From Ignavibacteriota bacterium (GTDB lineage Bacteria; Bacteroidota; Ignavibacteria; UBA10030; UBA6906), in contig CAWDEM010000008.1 in assembly GCA_963801355.1 (NCBI GenBank), forward strand, positions 1,984,001 to 2,048,000: a stretch of DNA of 64,000 nucleotides, read 5' to 3'. Below are positions 50,355-60,285 of the stretch, in pieces (position 1 is the stretch's first letter; each line of letters begins with the position of its first letter). Below the pieces are notes generated by a model. That model made no database searches, was not told where the DNA came from, and saw only the letters and a list, made by a program, of their open reading frames with translations. The translations under genes and the position numbers were made by a program.

Positions 50355-50634
50355 AGTGAGTCTCCTTTATTGTTGGGTTCTGCAATTGTGATATGGATTA
50401 GGTACCAGAAACCTTCTCTCTAACACCTGAAGAAAGATCCCGGAATCTGCTTCTCCTCCAATGACCCCAAGTGGACTACCCCATAGTATCTAGAACTACC
50501 CTCGAGTATTATTGGTTCCCCTTGACAATCATATGCCAAAAGCCAATTAAGCGTAATGGTTTTTGCTCTATCTCCCAGGGGATCCCTGATGTATCTTTGG
50601 CCTTCGGCATTTCATCCCACGATTCGAGATGATC

Positions 50635-50671
50635 AAAAAAACAAAAAGAAAAGGCTCCCCTTCGGGGGACC
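50635..50671 (-). terminator. Intrinsic terminator-like hairpin with no protein gene directly upstream
   Basis: TCCCC-CGAA-GGGGA stem followed by TTTTCTTTTTGTTTTTT on the minus strand. Confidence 0.6.
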
Positions 50672-50799
50672 CGCCTGCGGATTTGTCCGGTTTGTGAGAA
50701 CCCGGCTGAGCCGGAGGGCACATCTTCAAATTTTGCCAGCTTGTTAGGCATGTTACGCGATTTTCACATGCCCTATCCAATCCTTCCCACTCCGAAGAA

Positions 50800-50815
50800 T
50801 ACCCTAAATTCGGTA
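50800..50815 (+). promoter_or_regulatory. NarL-type 7-2-7 inverted repeat upstream of the sensor kinase
   Basis: TACCCTA-aa-TTCGGTA. Confidence 0.45.
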
Positions 50816-50852
50816 TGGCGTCTGTGGCGGAAAACAGTATATTCAGCGGTGT

Positions 50853-53800
50853 ATGTCTTCTTCAAGATCTGAAATCCTGCTGGCCATATTTGTTTCGACA
50901 CTTGCAGTGGCGCCGGCCGGTTTCTGTGCCGAGGGGCCTACTATCAGATTTGAACACCTTGGCGTCGAACACGGGCTCTCCGACAACAACGTGTACGGCA
51001 TTCATCAGGACAGCAAAGGTTTCATGTGGTTCGGAACGGAAAATGGATTGAATAGGTATGACGGCTATCATTTCACTGTTTACCGTCACACCCCCCTGGA
51101 TTCACTATCAATCTTAAGTAACAACGTTACCCCACACTTTGAGGACAGGTCCGGCTCGCTATGGATTGTTGGAGGTCCGGGTATAGACAGGTTTGACAGA
51201 ACGACTGAACGGTTCACGCACTGTCTTCCCTACATTCCTCTCTCATCAATGTACGAGGATACGCACGGCACACTCTGGTTTGCCGCTCTGGGTAGAGGAC
51301 TCTTCAGGTATGATAAACCGACTGCTTCATTCGTGCACTATAGTCTCGCCAACGATACGCTGACTTCGATTTGCGGGAATCCTGTTGATGACGATCGTAC
51401 GCTTTTTGTCGGTACAGCTCAAGGTGTGTTTACGTTCGATCAGCGAGAAGGCACTTCGGCTCGCCTCGAGGGTGGCCCTTCGGGTGCGATCACGGCAATG
51501 CTCGGAGATCGGGCGGGAAAAGTCTGGATCGGCACTCGAGATGGACTGTACGTATTCAATTGCACCACGAAAATTTGCTCCCATTATCCCTTCGGCAGCC
51601 AAATAACACGGAAGCCGGGGGCAAATGACGTTCAGCGCCTCTATGAAGATAGAGAAGGTCTCGTATGGATCGGCATCGCGGGAGCCGGGATTGCCATGTT
51701 TGATCCGTCGACACGGAAATATCGTCACTTTCCACACGTGGGCTATCAGGCTGGCTGGGTGGGTGGGTGGCAAGCGATTTGTGAAGACAGGGCGGGATCG
51801 CTTTGGGTGATCACGGGTGGCAGAGGTTTGCAGAAGTACGATCGCCGTACGGGATCATTCTCGACGTATCTCAACGACCCGCGCGACGCGCATAGCCTGA
51901 GCAGCAATATTGTCAATTGTATTTATGAGGACAGATCCGGGACTCTCTGGATTGGCACAGGGGGAGGAGGACTCAACAAAATAGATCCTGCCAAAAATGC
52001 ATTCCACCATTACACAGTCAGCACCTCAGCTCAGAAGGGTCTCACACACAATGTAGTGAAAGGATTTGTCGAGGACCACTCGGGCATGCTTTGGATTACC
52101 ACCATGGGTGGACTGAATGAGTTCGATAGGTCGACGGAGACGTTTACCCATTATAGGAACGACCCCAAGGACCCGGGCAGTCTTTCAAGTTGGGCCGGGG
52201 CCGTGCTTGAAGACAGAGAAGGATCACTCTGGGTAGCGGCCGGCGGGCAGGGACTTACGCGGCTCGATCCCTCGCGAAAACACTTCACACACTACATCCA
52301 TGACCCGCGAAACCCTCGTAGCCTCGGAAGCAACACTGTTCTCTCGTTGTGTGAAGACGGGACAGTCGGGCTGTGGATTGGATATGCCGAAGATTACGGA
52401 CTACTAGACCGGCTTGATCGGCACTCAGGAACTATCGCCCATTACAAGGCCAACCAACAGGATTCAAACGCATTCTGGGGAGGCTGGGTCTGGGCCATAT
52501 ACGAAGACACACAAGGCTACATCTGGATCTGTGCGGGTTCGGGAGGTCTGAACAGATTCGACAGGCAGACGGGGAAGTTTTCACATTATCAACACAAACC
52601 GAATGACCCGTTGAGTCTGAGCGCCCACAGCGTCAGGTCCATTCATGAGGACGGCAAGGGGACTCTGTGGGTTGGGACATCAGCTGGGTTGAACAAATTC
52701 GACCGCTCGAGGGGAACATTCGTCCAATACACTGTCCGGGATGGCCTTGAGAGTGATCATCTTGGAGCAATCCTCCAGGATGACCACGGCTGTCTCTGGA
52801 TGAGCACGAGTGGCGGCATCTCGAGGTTCGATCCACGCACGGCCGTATTCTGGAACTACAACGAGGATGACGGGGTTTCCATCCATCCGGGCTTGACGCA
52901 GCCGGGCTACCGGACCAGGAATGGAGAAATGTATTTTGGCGGGATCAACGGCTTTGTCCGCTTTCATCCTGACAGCATCGTCGATAGTCCATATGTGCCG
53001 CCGATCGTGATCACCAGGTTCCTTGTATCCGACACCCTTGCCACGCTTGACACGGCTATTACTGAGAAGAAATTGGTCGACCTTTCGTATGACCAAGATT
53101 CCTTTGCGTTTGAATTTGCGTCGCTCAACTACACGAACCCGGCGAAGAATCAATACGCCTATAAGCTGGAGGGCTTCGACAACGACTGGGTGCAATGCGG
53201 CACACGACGTTACGCCTCGTACACTCATCTTGATCCCGGTGCATATGTCTTCACCGTGAAAGGGTCGAACAATGATCGCAAATGGAATGAAGCCGGAACG
53301 TCGATCTCCGTTATCATACGGCCGCCGTACTGGCAGACCTGGTGGTTCCGTTCTCTAGTAGCGATTGTAGTCATCGCCCTGGTTGCACTTGCCTACAACT
53401 ATCGTGTGGCAAGACTGCTGGAGATCGAGCGGCTGCGAGTGCGCATCTCGACTGACCTCCACGATGAGATCGGAAGTAATCTGAGTGCGATTGCACTTCA
53501 GAGTGACCTGGTGCGGTCCGGTGTTAGCACGGGGGACAAAGGCAATGATCGGCTCGTGGAAATCAGCAGGTCGGCGCGCCAGATGGCAAACGACTTGCGG
53601 GACATCGTTTGGACGATCAATCCGGGCCTGGATCGTTTGAACGACATGGTGGATCGGATGAGGACCATTGCCTCCACAATGCTGGGAGGGATATCCTATA
53701 CATTCCAGGGCCAAGCCGGGACTTCGACCGACAGGCTTGATATGGAATTCAGAAGGAATATCCTGCTGATGTACAAAGAGGTCCTGCACAACATTCAGAA

Positions 53801-54023
53801 ACATGCCCGCGCAACCCAGGTTCGTATATTGATCAACGAGGATCCGGACTGTTTGACCATCACGATTGAAGATAATGGCATCGGATTTGATACTGCCATC
53901 CCCAGCTCCGGAAACGGGCTAAGCAACCTCAAAAGCCGCGCTTCCTCCATGGGGGCAACACTCGAGATTGTCTCTGCCCCCGAAAGGGGAACCCGGGTAA
54001 AGATTGCGGTGAGAATACCTTGA
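50853..54023 (+). CDS. Periplasmic beta-propeller (Reg_prop) + Y_Y_Y + HisKA_3 sensor histidine kinase
   Basis: Repeated ED..G.LWIGT..GL; YAYKLEGFD..W; PPYWQTWWF; DLHDEIGS; DNGIGF; GNGLSN. Confidence 0.93.
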   Translation: MSSSRSEILLAIFVSTLAVAPAGFCAEGPTIRFEHLGVEHGLSDNNVYGIHQDSKGFMWFGTENGLNRYDGYHFTVYRHTPLDSLSILSNNVTPHFEDRSGSLWIVGGPGIDRFDRTTERFTHCLPYIPLSSMYEDTHGTLWFAALGRGLFRYDKPTASFVHYSLANDTLTSICGNPVDDDRTLFVGTAQGVFTFDQREGTSARLEGGPSGAITAMLGDRAGKVWIGTRDGLYVFNCTTKICSHYPFGSQITRKPGANDVQRLYEDREGLVWIGIAGAGIAMFDPSTRKYRHFPHVGYQAGWVGGWQAICEDRAGSLWVITGGRGLQKYDRRTGSFSTYLNDPRDAHSLSSNIVNCIYEDRSGTLWIGTGGGGLNKIDPAKNAFHHYTVSTSAQKGLTHNVVKGFVEDHSGMLWITTMGGLNEFDRSTETFTHYRNDPKDPGSLSSWAGAVLEDREGSLWVAAGGQGLTRLDPSRKHFTHYIHDPRNPRSLGSNTVLSLCEDGTVGLWIGYAEDYGLLDRLDRHSGTIAHYKANQQDSNAFWGGWVWAIYEDTQGYIWICAGSGGLNRFDRQTGKFSHYQHKPNDPLSLSAHSVRSIHEDGKGTLWVGTSAGLNKFDRSRGTFVQYTVRDGLESDHLGAILQDDHGCLWMSTSGGISRFDPRTAVFWNYNEDDGVSIHPGLTQPGYRTRNGEMYFGGINGFVRFHPDSIVDSPYVPPIVITRFLVSDTLATLDTAITEKKLVDLSYDQDSFAFEFASLNYTNPAKNQYAYKLEGFDNDWVQCGTRRYASYTHLDPGAYVFTVKGSNNDRKWNEAGTSISVIIRPPYWQTWWFRSLVAIVVIALVALAYNYRVARLLEIERLRVRISTDLHDEIGSNLSAIALQSDLVRSGVSTGDKGNDRLVEISRSARQMANDLRDIVWTINPGLDRLNDMVDRMRTIASTMLGGISYTFQGQAGTSTDRLDMEFRRNILLMYKEVLHNIQKHARATQVRILINEDPDCLTITIEDNGIGFDTAIPSSGNGLSNLKSRASSMGATLEIVSAPERGTRVKIAVRIP

Positions 54024-54682
54024 ACGTGAATCCCTCAACTGATGACCAGCCAATTACCCTCTGGGTGATTGAGGATAATGCCACGTACAGGGACACAATT
54101 GCCGCGCTGCTTGACAGCACCGAAGGCATGCGCTGTACCCACGCATTCCAGTCCTGTGAAGAGGCCCTGAAGGCACTCGAGGATGACTTCGCCCCGGAAA
54201 TCATCCTGATGGATATAGGCTTGCCGGGCATTAGCGGGATAGAAGGACTCAGACGGATCAAGGCAATTTCACCGTCAACCGGTTTGATCATGCTCACCAT
54301 CTTTGACGACGAGAAGCAAATATTTGAAGCTATTTGTTCGGGCGCCTCGGGGTATCTGCTGAAAAGTGCGCAACCGCACGAGATTATCGGAGCGGTGCAT
54401 CAAGTTCTCGGGGGCGGGGCACCGATGGATGCACGAATCGCCCGGAAGGTCCTCGATATGTTTTCCCGTCTCTCCGCACCGATGGGAGAGTACGGTTTGA
54501 CCGGCCGCGAGAAAGAAATCCTCCACCTGATGGTGGACGGGCTCACGGCAAAAGGGATAGCCGAAAGGTTGTTCCTGAGCTTTCGTACCGTCGATACACA
54601 TGTGAAGAATATTTATACGAAACTGCATGTACATTCGCGTAGCGGGGCAGTGTCAAAAGCCTTCAGAGAACGACTCCTTTAG
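54020..54682 (+). CDS. NarL/LuxR-family response regulator
   Basis: MDIGLPG, GASGYLLK, LTGREKEIL, TVDTHVKNIY.KL. Confidence 0.95.
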   Translation: MNVNPSTDDQPITLWVIEDNATYRDTIAALLDSTEGMRCTHAFQSCEEALKALEDDFAPEIILMDIGLPGISGIEGLRRIKAISPSTGLIMLTIFDDEKQIFEAICSGASGYLLKSAQPHEIIGAVHQVLGGGAPMDARIARKVLDMFSRLSAPMGEYGLTGREKEILHLMVDGLTAKGIAERLFLSFRTVDTHVKNIYTKLHVHSRSGAVSKAFRERLL

Positions 54683-54754
54683 CCCCCTGTACCCAACAGT
54701 CATCGTGCGTTGCTGATCCCTTCTTAATCACCTTCCCTGCCGTCCCTTTCAAAA

Positions 54755-54770
54755 TACCGAGTTCTCGGGA
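54755..54770 (+). promoter_or_regulatory. NarL-type 7-2-7 inverted repeat upstream of the lipoprotein gene
   Basis: TACCGAG-tt-CTCGGGA, followed by TACATT -10-like hexamers. Confidence 0.5.
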
Positions 54771-54837
54771 TTGTTGTGCCCTCTTCGATACATTACATTG
54801 GCACACACCAATGTTAAACAATTTCCCGGGAGGGAAC

Positions 54838-55386
54838 ATGAAGAGCTACCACAGAGTAATTGCGATCCTGTTCATCGCTGGTTGCATGATGAACGGCTGT
54901 ACACAGGACAAACTGCCCACCGAGGCTTTCATCCCCGATCAGCCCCCAACCGCGATCGGCTCGGGAGTTCTCAGGGCGAATATTGATGGAACACCTTGGA
55001 CGTCCGAAGACGCCACTGGCATTCCACTCGGAACATCGACGTACAGTGGAAACATCTTGCACATCAGTGGGGTCCGACCTGCCGTCGGAGACACTGCGGA
55101 GTCGGAAACCATCGATCTCATCATTGACCTGAGTGCCTCGAAGGCAGTCCTCGGTCTGGGTACGTACGAACTCGGCACAATACCCGCGCAGGAGGGAGAG
55201 GCTCAGCACTTCGATGGCCTGTCATGCGTCTGCCACACACACAGCGCACACTCAGGAACAGTTACCATCACAGCGTTTGACATGTCCAGAAAGGTCGTTG
55301 CAGGGGTATTTGCATTCAATGGTATTGGAGTCGATGGGCAAACGCACACATTCAGTGAAGGAATGTTCGATGTCATGTGGAAGTAG
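54838..55386 (+). CDS. Hypothetical lipoprotein (beta-rich)
   Basis: GGAGG RBS; lipobox MNGC; ANIDGTPW, GTVTIT.FD, GVFAFNG, EGMFD. Confidence 0.7.
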   Translation: MKSYHRVIAILFIAGCMMNGCTQDKLPTEAFIPDQPPTAIGSGVLRANIDGTPWTSEDATGIPLGTSTYSGNILHISGVRPAVGDTAESETIDLIIDLSASKAVLGLGTYELGTIPAQEGEAQHFDGLSCVCHTHSAHSGTVTITAFDMSRKVVAGVFAFNGIGVDGQTHTFSEGMFDVMWK

Positions 55387-55579
55387 TAATAACACGTCGC
55401 GGCGTGGAGAGGTCGGTGGGTCGTCGAGTAGAATGGTGGTGCAGAAACACTCGGCGGCTCACAGGCCTTTTCTCTTGGGCCTCCAAACAACATTCACTAG
55501 CGACGGATTATGATGTTGGAAGAGACAGATAACGTCTTGCTGCCCATCCAACACGGTCGATGCTTGCACAACACACTTT

Positions 55580-58500
55580 CTACTTCTTAGTTCCTGCTCC
55601 TCCTTGCTTTTTCCCTTTCGGCAAGAAGTTTTCCAACACCCAGAGCTCGCTCTTGGATCCCTCATTGACGCTGAACGCAAAGCGGCGGTTGTCGGGGTGC
55701 AGTGCGAAGTCTTCCATTTTCGGGATGTTGAGATCCAGTTTCAGCGGAGTCCCGCCTTGCACAGGAATCCGCCAGATTTCACTGATCGCGGCGTAGTGTC
55801 CCGTCGACCTGTCGAGTGCCTGGGCAATGATGTGACGACCGTCCCTCGTCCACCTCTTCACGTAGTACAGCGAACTGCGAAACAGCTCCCGCGGCTCCCC
55901 TCCGTTGAGGGGTACGGTCTTGACAGCGCCGTCTTCCTGGAACACCACTTCCTGGCCGTCCGGCGAGACATCGTCGAAGGATTTGAGTACTTCCGTCCCA
56001 ACCATGGGACCGGCCGACTCCTCACCGGTGTCGAGGTTGCGCCTTCTGATCCCTCCCTTATCCATGAACACCATGATCTTGCCATCCTGGGAGATCCTGG
56101 GAGCCCAGCGTCCATCTGCCAACTTGGTGGTCTCGCCTGTTTCAGCGTCAACACGAAAGAGGGCAATTCCCTCCACCGTCGTCCCACAAGCGAGGATAGC
56201 ACGGCTGTCTGGTGCCCAGCAGATATCCCAGACATAACGAAGACGGGTGGACAGGAAGCGCTCTTCCCCAGTCTCGGCGGACCGGATTGTGAGATTGTTG
56301 TTTCCGTTACCGATTGCACGTCCAAGCGAAACGTAAAGCAGCCTTTTGCCGTCGGGTGACCATGTTGTCCTAGAGGGGGGACCGTTATATCTTGTCGTAA
56401 CGGGTGCGGGTGGCACGAGCACCTTACCGGTTTCAAGGTCGATCTCACCGTAGTAGAGGCGACCTAAAGGAGTGGTTGTTCTGTAGTACAGGGAACCGTC
56501 AGGAGCGAAGCCAAGAGCATCTGAATACCTGCCGAAATCCTTCTTCAGCAGCTCCGGTTCTCCTTGCTGCTTCCCCCCGGTGATGTGGACGGTCCAGACG
56601 TCCCACGTCCCTGATCGGTCGCTGAGAAAGAGAAGGCTTCTCCCGTCGGGTGTCCACTCAAGCAGTTTGTCTTCAGCAGGATGCCCGGCAACTACCACCT
56701 CGTTCAGGCCATCGGTGGTCATCAGGTAGACGTCACTGTGAGGAGGGCTGCCCTCATTCACCAGACTGAACGCGACAAATCGCCCATCGGGCGAGAAACA
56801 CGCCTTTGTCAACATGTACCAGGACGCTGCAACATTCCTGAGGACGCGCACTGAGCCGTCGGCTGTAGAGATCAGCACCAGTTGATTGTTCGCCTCGCCA
56901 GATATGTTGCGAAGTGCAAGGATGGAACCTGCGTCAGGCGACCAGTCGAACGGCTGGGCAGCGGTCTCGCTGTAGAGGGTACGGAGGTTCGAGCCGTCCT
57001 GGTTTCTAATCCGCAGATGATTGCCCCAACTCTTCGTAGTCGAGTCGAAGTTTTCGATGTCGAATGCGATTTGTTTTCCGTCGCGCGAGAACGCGTAGCC
57101 CTCGACGTAGTACAACCTCTTGCTTTGGGGCCCCTTGTTGCTGATGCGGCTCGTCTGTCCGCTTTCAACGTCGAACTGGACGACGTCACCCGTTCTCTGT
57201 TCCAGGCGCCTGATGTACTTGCCATCCGGCGATAGTACACCCAGCATATCGACAGTTGGTCCTGTCCCGATCTTTCGGACAGTCAGGCTTTTCTCCTTCT
57301 CCAACCCCGGCAAAAAGTTCTCCATCACCCAGACTTCGGAATTGGACCGAAGTGTTTTGTATACTATCCGCTGGCCGTCCGGGTGGACCCGGAGGGACGT
57401 TAGCATACCGACTACCGTTAAATCTAACTGCTGAGGCTCGCCGCCTTGTGAAGGCACGCGCCACAGCTCGTATCGGAGCGTTGCCGGTGTACCATTGGCT
57501 GTGCTCTTGGACGGGACGGCATACAGCAACTGGCGGCAATCTGGCGACCAAGCGACAATACCGCGGGAGTCCGCTACCCTCACCAGCAACCTGGGCGTTC
57601 CTCCGGTTGAGGGCATGACAAAGAGCCCTTTAGATTCAGCGGCGTTCGAACGGAAGTACGCCAACTGCTTACCGTCTGGCGAAACAGCCAATGACCACGC
57701 TTTGACCCCGACCTGTAGTTGACTTTCCTCACCGGATTCGGAATCCCATACGTACAGTGATCCACCGGTGGTAGTCCCTTGGTAGAAGACTTTCCTCCCG
57801 TCGCGCGACACATCGAAGGCTTGACTCCAGGGATGCGCCGGTTTGAACCAGAGTGTTGCTTCGCCCGTAGGCGAATTGATGCGGAGCAAGCCTTCTCTCC
57901 CTTGTCGGTCGACTCCGGTGGCAACGAATGAACGGCCATCGGGTGCCCAGCGCAAACCTTCCATCCGTTCTGTTCTCATGATCTCCGTGCTGGGCTTTAT
58001 ATTTTTTTTATCAGGGGTTTCGAGCGATTGAATAACAATTTCACCCTGACCAGTAACATAGGCTAGTGACTTCCCATCACGAGAGAAATCAGGTCCCCAG
58101 TTGGAGCCGAGGTAGCTGCCAGCGACTTCAGCTGGCGAAGAAAGCGATTTCCCCGTCTTGATGTCGAGCCTTGTTGAGAAGACGTCACGGGACTCCCCCC
58201 AGTTTGAAAAAAAGTATGCTCCCGCTCGTGTGAATCCCTTTCCCTCACCAAGACCGCCAATATCACTCCGGACCAGCATCGGCTCACCAAGAGGCTGCCC
58301 GCCGGAGACCGCGATGAGCCATGCATCCCTGGTTCCACGCCGGTCACTGGCAAACAACACATGTCTGCCGTCGGGTGACCATCCCAGCAGACGATCGTTC
58401 GCCGGATGCCCAACCAGCAGGGAAGTGCGTTGGGTTTTCCGCTCATACACATACACATCGCTTTGGCGCACATCCTTGGTCTGTGGAGAGTCGTACGCGA

Positions 58501-59335
58501 TGTAACCGCCGTCTGGAGAGAAGCACATCATCCCGGGATTTTCAATGACAAGGTCCTGAATGGATCCATCCGTTACAACAATCATCACAGGCCGCTCGCC
58601 AAGCTTGGTGAGGATGTGCCTCCCGTCCGGGGACCAGTCCAATCGAGACGGGTATTTCTCCTTGTCCCGGTAGAGAACACGCTCCCCGGATCCGTCCAGC
58701 GCGATGGTGCGGAGCTCACAGGCGTCGCCCTCGATAAACCAACGGTAGGCGATCTGCTTGCCGTTGGGAGAGAAGATGGAGTTATCCGGGTATGCGTATG
58801 GGACCCCTGGTTTCTTCTTTGTGACTCGACGGTTCTCACCGGTAACCAGATCGTGAACGGCCAGGTCTGGCGTTTCCCAGTCCGTGTAGGAAAGGTAGCG
58901 ACCGTCCGGCGATGGGCTTCCCTCCCCGTTGGCGCCAGGACCTGCCCACACCCTCCGGATGGTTATCTCGGCGCTCCTGGCAGCGGTTCCGGCGCCAAGT
59001 GCTGCCAGCCTCACCCGCGCCTGCGCCACAATCTCGGCCTGGTCGGCAAAGTCGCGCACCACGCGCTCGTAGGCTGCGCGGGCCTCTGCATTGCCCAGCT
59101 TTTCATAGGAACGGCCAATATTCAGGAGCGCCTTTGCCGCAGTCGTTTTCTCTTTGGGGTACTGTGTCATAACCTGTTTGAGCAACTCGATGGCCTTTAG
59201 GTAGTTCCCCTTCCCTTCCATTTCATACAACGCCTGTTGGTACATCAGCTCAGCCTTGTTTTGCTGTGCAGTGGCGATTACTGTCGGAGCGCACAACGCC
59301 AGTGCAAGCAGAAAGATACACGCGATTCTCTTCAT
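55580..59335 (-). CDS. Exported TPR + duplicated TolB-like (PD40) beta-propeller protein
   Basis: Signal peptide; TPR; many WSPDG/FSPDG repeats; two modules ending SEVWVMENFLP and SELWVLENFLP. Confidence 0.85.
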   Translation of the reverse strand: MKRIACIFLLALALCAPTVIATAQQNKAELMYQQALYEMEGKGNYLKAIELLKQVMTQYPKEKTTAAKALLNIGRSYEKLGNAEARAAYERVVRDFADQAEIVAQARVRLAALGAGTAARSAEITIRRVWAGPGANGEGSPSPDGRYLSYTDWETPDLAVHDLVTGENRRVTKKKPGVPYAYPDNSIFSPNGKQIAYRWFIEGDACELRTIALDGSGERVLYRDKEKYPSRLDWSPDGRHILTKLGERPVMIVVTDGSIQDLVIENPGMMCFSPDGGYIAYDSPQTKDVRQSDVYVYERKTQRTSLLVGHPANDRLLGWSPDGRHVLFASDRRGTRDAWLIAVSGGQPLGEPMLVRSDIGGLGEGKGFTRAGAYFFSNWGESRDVFSTRLDIKTGKSLSSPAEVAGSYLGSNWGPDFSRDGKSLAYVTGQGEIVIQSLETPDKKNIKPSTEIMRTERMEGLRWAPDGRSFVATGVDRQGREGLLRINSPTGEATLWFKPAHPWSQAFDVSRDGRKVFYQGTTTGGSLYVWDSESGEESQLQVGVKAWSLAVSPDGKQLAYFRSNAAESKGLFVMPSTGGTPRLLVRVADSRGIVAWSPDCRQLLYAVPSKSTANGTPATLRYELWRVPSQGGEPQQLDLTVVGMLTSLRVHPDGQRIVYKTLRSNSEVWVMENFLPGLEKEKSLTVRKIGTGPTVDMLGVLSPDGKYIRRLEQRTGDVVQFDVESGQTSRISNKGPQSKRLYYVEGYAFSRDGKQIAFDIENFDSTTKSWGNHLRIRNQDGSNLRTLYSETAAQPFDWSPDAGSILALRNISGEANNQLVLISTADGSVRVLRNVAASWYMLTKACFSPDGRFVAFSLVNEGSPPHSDVYLMTTDGLNEVVVAGHPAEDKLLEWTPDGRSLLFLSDRSGTWDVWTVHITGGKQQGEPELLKKDFGRYSDALGFAPDGSLYYRTTTPLGRLYYGEIDLETGKVLVPPAPVTTRYNGPPSRTTWSPDGKRLLYVSLGRAIGNGNNNLTIRSAETGEERFLSTRLRYVWDICWAPDSRAILACGTTVEGIALFRVDAETGETTKLADGRWAPRISQDGKIMVFMDKGGIRRRNLDTGEESAGPMVGTEVLKSFDDVSPDGQEVVFQEDGAVKTVPLNGGEPRELFRSSLYYVKRWTRDGRHIIAQALDRSTGHYAAISEIWRIPVQGGTPLKLDLNIPKMEDFALHPDNRRFAFSVNEGSKSELWVLENFLPKGKKQGGAGTKK

Positions 59336-59408
59336 GGCGTATTTCCTCAAACGGTTCGCTTGTAGTGAATGAACTTCACTACTATATACTTTCTGGCTTA
59401 CCTGCCAT

Positions 59409-59455
59409 TGTCGGATCGATGTAAATGATTGTCAGTCTCTTGTCAGGAAATGTCT
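59409..59455 (-). promoter_or_regulatory. Five helically phased TGTCA-like repeats (OmpR/PhoB-type sites)
   Basis: Half-sites at 59409, 59420, 59430, 59441, 59451 (spacing 11/10/11/10); -10-like TATAGT at 59381-59386 on the minus strand. Confidence 0.65.
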
Positions 59456-59572
59456 GGAAGCATACCGTGTTCGTACGAAGAAGAGTAACTGCCCACAGAC
59501 CACATTGTGAGTTCAAAATGCGAAACCCCTACTTGATATCAACTCCCGTCCGACGTCTGCCCTTCTTCTCTC

Positions 59573-60256
59573 TCACCTTCCCACAAGCTTGTACCCCAGA
59601 CCGTGGACTGTTAGGATATACTCAGGCTTCTGCGGATTGTCTTCGAGCTTCTGGCGCAAGTTGAGAATATGGTTGTCCACCGTGCGGGAGCTCGGATATG
59701 CTTCATATCCCCATACTTCGTTGAGTATCTTTTCGCGAGGAATGACCTCATTCCGATGTTTAATCAGGACCTGAAGGAGAGAGAATTCTGTGGAGGTTAG
59801 GTCAATCTGTTTCTTGTTTTTGAAAGCTTTGAATGCGGCAAAATCCAATTTGACATTGCCAAACTCGTATTGCTCGAGTGACGTCACCTTCCCCGTTGTC
59901 CGCCGCAGGTGTGCTTTTACGCGCGCTAGCAGTTCGCGTGTGCTGAATGGTTTGGTAACGTAGTCGTCTGCACCGATCTCCAGTCCCACCACCTTGTCAA
60001 CCTCCTCAGAACGGGCGGTCAACATGAGTATGGGAACCGCGACCTCGCGTTTCCTCAGGGTGCGGCAAACGTCGAATCCATCAGTCCGCGGCAGCATCAC
60101 GTCCAGGATGATAATATCCGGCTTATGCTCTTCGGCGAGTCGCAGGCCGGTTTCACCGTCCTTCGCCGCCAGAACAGTAAAGCCATTGTGCTCGAATGCA
60201 TCGCGCAACCCCTTGAGCATTGCTTCTTCGTCTTCGACAAGTAGAATTGTAGGCAT
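59573..60256 (-). CDS. OmpR/PhoB-family response regulator
   Basis: ILLVEDE, LDVMLP, GADDYVTKPF, RTVDNHILNLRQKLE. Confidence 0.95.
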   Translation of the reverse strand: MPTILLVEDEEAMLKGLRDAFEHNGFTVLAAKDGETGLRLAEEHKPDIIILDVMLPRTDGFDVCRTLRKREVAVPILMLTARSEEVDKVVGLEIGADDYVTKPFSTRELLARVKAHLRRTTGKVTSLEQYEFGNVKLDFAAFKAFKNKKQIDLTSTEFSLLQVLIKHRNEVIPREKILNEVWGYEAYPSSRTVDNHILNLRQKLEDNPQKPEYILTVHGLGYKLVGR

Positions 60257-60285
60257 AACGCTCCTGCTCGGGGATGGTCCCTTTG

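Noticed and set aside
50580-50760. c-di-GMP-I riboswitch (GGCAAA on the minus strand)
   Set aside because: Lacks the GAAA-tetraloop P2 and GCAAAG/receptor elements; kept only as an unclassified RNA candidate.
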